Source of the DNA: Heptranchias perlo
Lineage: Eukaryota
Assembly (NCBI RefSeq): GCF_035084215.1
Contig: NC_090354.1
Coordinates: 5,952,001-6,016,000, forward strand
DNA: 64,000 bases
Direction: 5' to 3'
Part shown: positions 55,890 through 64,000 of the stretch, piece by piece
Layout of the letters: every line of letters begins with the position of its first letter
Numbering within the stretch: the stretch's first letter is position 1
Program-made: the position numbers and the translations under genes
Notes under the pieces: generated by a model
Told to the model about the DNA's origin: nothing
Database searches by the model: none
The model's input: the letters and a program-made list of their open reading frames with translations, nothing else

Positions 55890-56345
55890 TACATAGAAAC
55901 ATAGAAAATAGGAGCAAGAGTAGGCCATTCGGCCCTTCGGGCCTGCTCCGCCATTCAAAATGATCATGGCTGATCGTCTAACTCAGTACCCTGTTCCCGC
56001 TTTTTCCCCATATCCCTTGATCGCTTTGGCATTAAGAAATATATCTATCTCCTTCTTGAATACATCTAATGACTTGGCCTCCACTGTCTTCTGTGGTGGA
56101 GAATTCCACAGGTTCACCACCCTCTGAGTGAAGAAATTTCCCCTCATCTCGGTTCTAAATGGCATGCCCCGTATCCTGAGACTGTGACCCCTGGTTCTGG
56201 ACTCCCCAGCCGTCAGGAACATCTAGTCCTGTTAGAATTTTATATGTTTCAATGAGATCACCTCTCATTCTTCTAAACTCTAGTGAATATAGGCCGAGTC
56301 GACCCAATCTCTCCTCATACGTCAGTCCTGCCATCCCAGGAATTA
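55890..56345 (-). mobile_element. CR1-type LINE 3' fragment
   Basis: ESRTRGHSLRIRGMPFRTEMRGNFFTQRVVNLWNS with (catagaaa)n tail. Confidence 0.92.
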
Positions 56346-57411
56346 ATATTTTATCCTATCAGGCTGTTATCCTGAGTTGTGCTTTTACACTGTCATATCT
56401 GGCAGTTGTTGGCGTTAGCACACTCTGTTCTCGTATTGCTGTTTCATTTAAAGAAAAGAAAGGACTTGGATTTATGCACTGACTCTGAAGCGAGAGTGCT
56501 ACCGACTGAGCCAAGGCCCATTCAGACAGTTGCTTTTGTTCCTCTGTGACTAGTTTATCCAATTGTCTCACCTGGCGCCTCCTGAGTAAATTTGGAAGCG
56601 TTTCCAATCGGACTTAGGCGTCCCTCAGCTTGAAAAAAAAGCAAGGTCAGCCAGAGTTCCTGTTCTAATCACTACCCGGTGATTCACGCCAGAATCTGTG
56701 GGGGTTGTGGAAGTTAGATGAAGCTCGGAATCAGGGTTGACCATGATTTTGTCCGCCAACATTTGTCTGGACTTATGGTTGCTCAGGGAAAGTACAGCGG
56801 GCTACTGATACCCTTGGAGCCAAACTCCAAGGCGTTTGTTATTTTGGGAGAGCAGGAGTATTCATTCATAAGTTTGCTGACCTCCTGTATTGGGGTTTAA
56901 TTTTAATGGAGGTGTCAGCAAAGCAAACACTGGATCTGGTTGGGGAGACTGAGACAGATGTTCTTTGAATTGGGTGTGGTGCAGTGCAGGTGTTGCCTTG
57001 ATGACCGCAGTTGATGAGCTTTAGCAGATACTGATGCAGCAAGACCTCCCCCTCCCAGTTTTAACACTTGTGAATTTCTTTTTAAAAGAAAAAAAGCATT
57101 ATCTAATCGTGCATACAAAATAATATGAGGACATTGTCGTGGGCATATTGCTACATCTGGACAAATGATGTTGCATTGCATTGGCCTTTCTCATACAATG
57201 GTTCAGAAGCCAGAAAACATCGTTTACAAAAACAAGTCCAGATGTTGAATTGTTCATTGCAGCTGCTTTAATAAAATTATGACTGGTTAATTAACTGAGG
57301 TGGTTGTTTTTATAGAAAACCATTTCAACACCAAGGTCCCCGTGTCTTTTTATATATGAAAAAATTATTTTCTTTCCTCTTTTCCACTCCACATCCCACC
57401 CCAAAGCTCCA

Positions 57412-58318
57412 GGCTCGTGCTTGGGGGGGGGGGTACGGGCCGTTGGGCTCGTGCTTGGGGGGGGGGTACGGGCCGTTGACTCGTGCTTGGGGGGGGGGGG
57501 TACGGGCCGTTGGGCTCGTGCTTGGGGGGGGGGTACGGGCCGTTGGGCTCGTGCTTGGGGGGGGGGTACGGGCCGTTGGGCTCGTGCTTGGGGGGGGGGT
57601 ACGGGCCGTTGGGCTCGTGCTTGGGGAGGGGTACGGGCCGTTGGGCTCGTGCTTGGGGGGGGGGTATGGGCCGTTGGGCTCGTGCTTGGGGGGGGGGGGT
57701 ACGGGCCGTTGGGCTCGTGCTTGGGGGGGGGGTACGGGCCGTTGGGCTCGTGCTTGGGGGGGGGGTATGGGCCGTTGGGCTCGTGCTTGGGGGGGGGGGG
57801 GTACGGGCCGTTGGGCTCGTGCTTGGGGGGGGGGTACGGGCCGTTGACTCGTGCTTGGGGGGGGGGGGGTACGGGCCGTTGGGCTCGTGCTTGGGGGGGG
57901 GGGGTACGGGCCGTTGGGCTCGTGCTTGGGGGGGGGGTACGGGCCGTTGGGCTCGTGCTTGGGGAGGGGTACGGGCCGTTGGGCTCGTGCTTGGGGGGGG
58001 GGTATGGGCCGTTGGGCTCGTGCTTGGGGGGGGGGGGTACGGGCCGTTGGGCTCGTGCTTGGGGGGGGGGTACGGGCCGTTGGGCTCGTGCTTGGGGGGG
58101 GGGTATGGGCCGTTGGGCTCGTGCTTGGGGGGGGGGTACGGGCCGTTGGGCTCGTGCTTGGGGGGGGGGTATGGGCCGTTGGGCTCGTGCTTGGGGGGGG
58201 GGGGGTACGGGCCGTTGGGCTCGTGCTTGGGGGGGGGGTACGGGCCGTTGGGCTCGTGCTCGTGCTTGGGGGGTACGGGCCGTTGGGCTCGTGCTTGGGG
58301 GGTACGGGCCGTTGGGCT
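57412..58318. repeat. G-rich minisatellite, 27 units of about 33 bp: GGGCTCGTGCTT-G(n)-TACGGGCCGTT
   Basis: Counted 27 GGGCCGTT cores; G-run length is variable. Confidence 0.97.
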
Positions 58319-58954
58319 CCAGCTGCCTACTGATATCGCGCCCAAGTGGCTATTCTTCGCGTGTGAATCTAGAAATTGAGTTTTGAGGGGCTATTCAACA
58401 ATGGGGTTGTCACAGTTGTGCCCGAAATGTTCTCCACAAACGCACGTCCAGCAAGGGTCCTCGAGAGAGTTCAACAGTGGGGATTCTAATTGGCCTGGTT
58501 TATTTTTCCTTACTGCCTGACCCAGAGGCCAGTTGTGGCACCCTGAAATATTTAATTTGGAGTCGATGAGCTGGCTTACAATGTTCACGCTGCTAAATCT
58601 GGCTCCCTTATCAAGACCCCCCCCCCTTTAAAAAATTTTTGTGTGACGTTACAAGCCTGGCACTGGGACAAGGGAGACTGATTAAGTTGTGTAAATGATG
58701 GGAGCTGGCTGACCAACTTTGAACTGAAGTGGTGCCAAAGTGAATTCTGGAACAAAGCAACGTGGGAGGCCAGCTGGGTGAATTTGCTCTCCGCATTACA
58801 TGGCCTAGCTGGTCTCTGAAAACTGGCAAACAGAAGGCACTGCCCTGAAACAGCGTGCCACGTTCAACCCCAGAGTAATAGCTCCTTCACTGCAGTTAGA
58901 AGGTCAGCTCGATGGACGGTTGTTTCAATAAGTTGTCAAATGTCACGTTGATTA

Positions 58955-59240
58955 CATAGTATTTTTACAGCACAGAAACAGGCCATTCGGCCCAACAGGT
59001 CCATGCAGGTGTTTATGCTCCACACGAGCCTCCTCCCACCACTCACCTTATCGACATATCCTTCTATTCCTTTCTCCCTCAAATGTTTATCTAGGTTTCC
59101 CTTAAATGTATCTATGCTACTCAATCACTCCATGTGGTAGCAAGTTCTACATTCTAACAACTCTCTTGAGTAAAGAAGTATCTCCTGAATTCCTTATTGG
59201 ATTTTTCAGTGACTTTCTTATGCGTTTTCTTTCTAGTTTT
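58955..59240 (-). mobile_element. CR1-type LINE 3' tail
   Basis: Same subfamily as 7960-8322. Confidence 0.8.
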
Positions 59241-59769
59241 GAAATTAATATTTTACATCATCTCTGTCACAGTTAGTGTCCTTCTGATGACTGAATTTTA
59301 TTCTCACCATTCTTCAGCAAACGTTAAACCAAAGGACCAATAAAGTACTGGGCCAGCCAGGGACATAATTAACTATTGTCTGCCGGGGAACAGTTAGTCT
59401 CTGTGCATCTGAATAAGACTCTGTTCCTTATTGAAGTGGCTTTTGCCCTGCCTGTTTCCTGTCTGTCTAGGGAGAGCAATCTCCACACACCATGAGTTGT
59501 TTTACTCTTTGGGTGCTGGACATGCTGTGCAGTGTGGCGAACCAATTGCTTAAGGCAGTGTTCATTGAAAAATAGGCCCCTTATCCAGACAACGCATGCA
59601 ATGAGACTGTGATATAGTTTGTTCTCTGAATGTCTTGGCGATTATACTATAGCTTGCAGCCGATGGATGGAGACCTGCTCCTGTCCCTGCTGGCTGCAAG
59701 CACGCTTGAGGGCAATCGCCATCCATTGAAAATGCGTTTGGCAAAACTTTTTTTCAGCACCCACCCCCC

Positions 59770-60130
59770 CCCCACCTCTCCTTCCCCCACACCCCCGGCT
59801 TCTTCCTCCCACTACTCCCCTCCCTTCTGTGATTCCTCCTGGGGTATGGTTCAATTACCTCGCTCAAGTAGAACTCCTCCTTCCAAGTGTGTCTGGGCAA
59901 TGAGTGCCGCCGGCAGGCTATTCAACCGCAATGGGCGTCACAGGAGAACTTGATCATGCCCCAGCCTATCGACCCCACGCACACTTTCCAGCAGGGAGCC
60001 ACTGGACACTGATCGGCAGCCCTGACTCATGACTTTGCCCTCATGTAGTGTCCCAATTACTGTCCTGATGGAGCTCAGCTCACTCGGTGCAGATTGGAAT
60101 CGAATGTGGACCTGTTGGGCATTTACCCAT
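59770..60130 (-). mobile_element. AmnSINE2-like SINE
   Basis: Reverse complement of the family motifs. Confidence 0.6.
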
Positions 60131-60239
60131 CAAACTATCGGGGTAGATGCAAAAGCTTTTCAATTGCATGTTTTAAAAAAAAACATGTTTTGTATTTGGA
60201 GTTGAGATCCCCCAGTTCCCGGTTTCCATCTTAATGCTA

Positions 60240-60345
60240 ACGTCAAGTACTCCCAGGTCAGGTACAGCACTGGTTAGATGCACAGTGAAGCTCTATCTAC
60301 TCATCGTCTAGTCCTGTGCCTTCATCCCAAACTCAGAAGAGCGCT
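60240..60345 (-). mobile_element. Possible LF-SINE-related fragment
   Basis: gaaggcaca...gagcttcactg...tgctgtacctg resembles the recalled LF-SINE 3' part. Confidence 0.4.
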
Positions 60346-60354
60346 GTGTAAAAA

Positions 60355-60810
60355 AAGAAAAAGAAAGACTTGCATTTATATAGCGCCTTTCATGACCTCA
60401 GGACGCCCCAAAGCGCTTTACAGCCAATGAAGTACTTTTTGAAGTGTAGTCACTGTTGTAATGTAGGAAACGCAGCAGCCAATTTGCGCACAGCAAGGTC
60501 CCACAAACAACAATGTGATAATGACCAGATAATCTTTTTTTTTTGTGGTTTAATTGAGGGATAAATATTGGCCGGGACATCTGGGGGCAGTCCCCTGCTC
60601 CTTTTCAAAATAATGCCGTGGGATCTTTTACATCCACCTGAGAGAGTTTAACGTCTCATCCGAAAGACGGCACCTCCGACAGTGCAGCACTCCCTCAGTA
60701 CTGCACTGGAGTGTCGGCCTGGATTACGTGATCAAGTCTCTGGAGTAGGACTCGAACCCACAATCTTCTGACTCGGGCAAAAGTTCTATCACTGAGCCAC
60801 GGCTGACACT
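60355..60810 (-). mobile_element. DeuSINE, near full length
   Basis: Same family as 1013-1478. Confidence 0.85.
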
Positions 60811-60994
60811 GTACTGCATTAGTGATGGTTCTACTACCTACATCGTTTGTCGTTTATGGTCTGTCTGGAGTGAGGTGGTCAATTTGTGCTAAATAGTGAT
60901 CTATTTTGTGCTGTGGACCCATTCGTTGCAGGAACTGGGTATGGCCATCTGGGATCTTTACAACTGGGGTTAAAGTAGCATTTCATGTAGTAAA

Positions 60995-61365
60995 TCATGG
61001 CGAGTAAATGTACTGCACAGAGTGGTACCGAGCCATACATATCAGCCAGTATCCAAAGTTTGATTCCTGGTCTGTGGTGAGTTGGTTAATTTTAGGCAGA
61101 GCAGTGGTGGGGGTGCTGGAATTGTCCTCAAGTGTTACTGGGCTAGGAAGGAAGGGGGAGGGAAAAAGTCTTTCAGGACCGCATGCTCCTGTTAACCAAT
61201 GACCCTGCTGGATGAGGACCAAATGGAGCCCAGCTGTGATACCCCACAGTTGAATCGTGGGCCAACATAATATATCTAGGTTCACACATGAAGAACGAAC
61301 GCTTGGGAGCGGCACTGGCCCAATGGGGCTGTACCTCAATGTGAGTCACTGCCTTCAGGAGAAAC
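60995..61365 (+). mobile_element. AmnSINE2-like SINE
   Basis: gagtaaatgtactg..gagccatac..tgattcctggtctgtggtgagttgg..cacatgaagaa..gccttcaggaga. Confidence 0.65.
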
Positions 61366-63442
61366 CAGCTGATGAGAAAATGTTAAAAGTAACTCTTGGG
61401 TTTGTTGGTGAAACCCTGGGCACGTGCGATGAGAGTTAGTAAATGCTTCAGCAGCGGGCTGGGACATGATTTCTAATCTTTTGTGTTCCTGTGTGCTCTT
61501 GATAGTTTTTTTAGAGTTAGCTAAGAGTGTGGAGGTTGAAAAACCAAAAATTGTGGTATTAGGTATGTGAAAAAGTTTGTTCATGTCAAACTTACTGTCA
61601 AAGTAATATGATTGAGCTGGGGTGAGCTGTGCACTTATGTGGGAAAATGTTACTAAGAGAAAACTCTGGATTTTCTTTCCTCTTCAGGGTTGTTTGTTCT
61701 GTAGCCACGACCCCTGAGTGATTCCCAAACCAATTGTTTAATTCTGTGCAGTGAGAATTAACTAGTGCCTGAGATGCCTCACGGAATGGACTCCCAACTT
61801 GCAGAGCAAGATTGCTTGGAGTGTATTACAAGGCTTTAATACAGTCACGGTCTTGTGCTTGTTTCCGAACTCATGACTGGAAGGCTTGAGCAGGTTATGT
61901 TCGTTCTCTCTCTCTCTCTCTTTTATCCCCTTTCTTGAAGGTGGTGACTCATTATCTCAGCCAAGTCACCCATTCTTTGTGAATCCAGTGAGTGTCAGCA
62001 GCCTACGTAACGGGGAGTGGGGGAGAAAGAAAGAGCGAGAAGGGAGCGAAAATGACATAGAAATGACAGCGTCCTATTGAAACTGCGCTGTACCCTCTCC
62101 ATATTGTCTCAACATCCTTCCTACCATGTAGAGCCCAAAACTGCGCCCAATCCTCCAGCTGTGGTCTTACTAAGGTTTTATTTGGATTTGCTGCTTTATC
62201 TCAACTTTTATCATCTCTACCTTTTGCCATAAAACCCAATATTTGCAGTTAACTTTTTTTTTGTAGTCTTATCCACTTGCGGTGCTGCTTTTAATGTCTT
62301 GTGAACCCAAATCCCTCTGCTCATCCACATCACCCAACCTTCCTTTATTCAAAGTAGAATGGTTTGTATGGCTCGATGTCACACTAGGCAGCACACTGAC
62401 CAACGAAGCCACATCATTGCCCCAGCAGCTCTCTATGTAAAGCATGATTCAGTTACAATGAGAAACTATCAGTCTGCAGGCCAAACCACTCCACCTCAGG
62501 GTTTATCTCGCTGAGCTGCTAAGTTCCCATAGAAATCTGTCTTCCCTCGTCAGTTACAGGAAGTTTAATTTGGCTGACCGCACAAGTGTTTATTTCAGTG
62601 CCTGGATTACTGAATCCATTAAAGCACTTGAAATGGCAGAGTACCGTCAACCATTATCACATTCCATCGTCCAACAGCACTGGAGTTAGACAAGTTGCCA
62701 ACATCAGCTCTTGTCTTCTGCCTCGCATTAAATATTCCTCGAATGCATTAGCGCACAATATTTTTTTAATGCCCTTGTGATTTTTCTCCTGGGTTGCTTG
62801 CAGCAGCGTCCAGGAGATTAATCTTTAATTCCTGGGGACTCTGGGGAATTCCAGGAGGAATGGATAACCCTAATTCTATCCCAGACCTCGGTAGCTCAGT
62901 AAGGAGCAGAACATCTCAGCCATAGCAATCTCATGAGTAAATGTTCTTGAGTGTTGAGATTTTCCCCGATCTCTAACCTGTCTAACTCCGGGACGATACC
63001 CAGTGTTGATGTGAGAGATCTTATGTGATTTTTATAATGACTGCCCAGGGAACAACCAACTCTGCAGGTTTCAATGTACTTTAGTCTTTAACCTTAACAT
63101 GTTGCACTGATATTCAGTTGAATTGCTACTGACTGCTAATACAGGTGGTGTGAGATCCAATAAACTAATTTGTTTCAGAGTCATGTAAACTGAAAGTAGT
63201 TTTTTTTTGTCTAGAAGCCAATTGACCCAGAGACTGGCACAGTGCAGAAGTTTTTGCTTGATGTGTACTAGCAGTAGGACCCTGGGGGCACCTCAACTAC
63301 TGATTTTGAACTTGTTGGTCAACCCACAAGTGATCATTTGTAGTAATGACTGACTAACATTCATGTTCTCCTCTGTAATAAGGAATTTTGGGATGAATGA
63401 AACACTCCAATGTTGCCTCCTGATTTAAAGGGACATTGTTAT

Positions 63443-63910
63443 CGAATCATACAGCAGAGAAGGAGGCCATTCGGCCCATTGTGCCTCTGCCAGCTCTTTG
63501 AAAGAGCTATTCAGTTAGTTCCACTCACCTGCTCTTTCCCCATAGCCCTGCAAATATTTCCTTTTCAAGTATATATCTGATTCCCTTTTTGAAAGTTACA
63601 ATTGAATCTGCTTCCACCGCCCTTTCAGGCCATGCATTCCAGATCACAATAACTCGCTGCGTAAAAACAATTCCTCCCCCCCGCTGCCCCCCCCCTCCGA
63701 TTCTTTTGCCAATTATCTTAAATCTGTGTCCTCTGTTTACCAACCCTCCTGCCAATGACAACAATTTTTCCCTATCTACTCTATCAAAACCATTCATAAT
63801 TTTGAACACGTCTACTAAATCTTCCCTTAACCCTCTCTGCTCCAAAGAGAACAAACCCAGTTTCTCCAGTCTCTCCATGTAACTCAAATCCCTCACCACT
63901 GGTTTCATTC
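63443..63910 (-). mobile_element. CR1/HER1-type LINE 3' fragment
   Basis: LSYMERLEKLGLFSLEQRGLREDLVDVFKIMNGFDRV. Confidence 0.9.
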
Positions 63911-64000
63911 AGTCATGAAAATAACTTTGGCAAAATTTTCTCCCCACTTGTGTACGAACACGTGTGTGAGAATGTAAATAATAAAATTGTATTTGCTTTT

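Noticed and set aside
57356-58386. Long Gly-rich and Pro-rich ORFs (up to 326 aa) resembling keratin or structural proteins; also a superficially CRISPR-like array
   Set aside because: They are translations of a stop-free minisatellite that is open in several frames on both strands. There are no unique spacers or cas genes, and the DNA is vertebrate.

Overview
Vertebrate genomic DNA, most likely a shark or other cartilaginous fish, judged from the repeat content (DeuSINE/SacSINE1-like, AmnSINE2-like, CR1/HER1, L2 and Penelope-like fragments). It holds the conserved gene block CWC25 (-, 10 coding exons, 419 aa), C17orf98/SPMAP1 (-, 3 exons, 163 aa), RPL23 (-, 5 exons, 140 aa, two intronic SNORA21 copies) and LASP1 (+, exon 1 only), in the same order as human 17q12. 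The most unusual object is a 3.3-kb non-LTR retrotransposon about 320 bp upstream of the RPL23 start. It has a tRNA-Thr(AGT)-like Pol III head, no ORF1, one long endonuclease+RT frame and no TTTT run anywhere on its sense strand, so it may be an autonomous Pol III-transcribed LINE. Other points: a predicted upstream CWC25 exon that creates a spliced 75-aa uORF, a minimal hammerhead ribozyme motif in a Penelope-like fragment, a G-rich minisatellite that arose inside a SINE, a local templated inverted duplication, and RFX X-boxes at SPMAP1. Exon boundaries were read by hand from the sequence. Repeat family names come from recalled consensus similarity and repeat boundaries are approximate.
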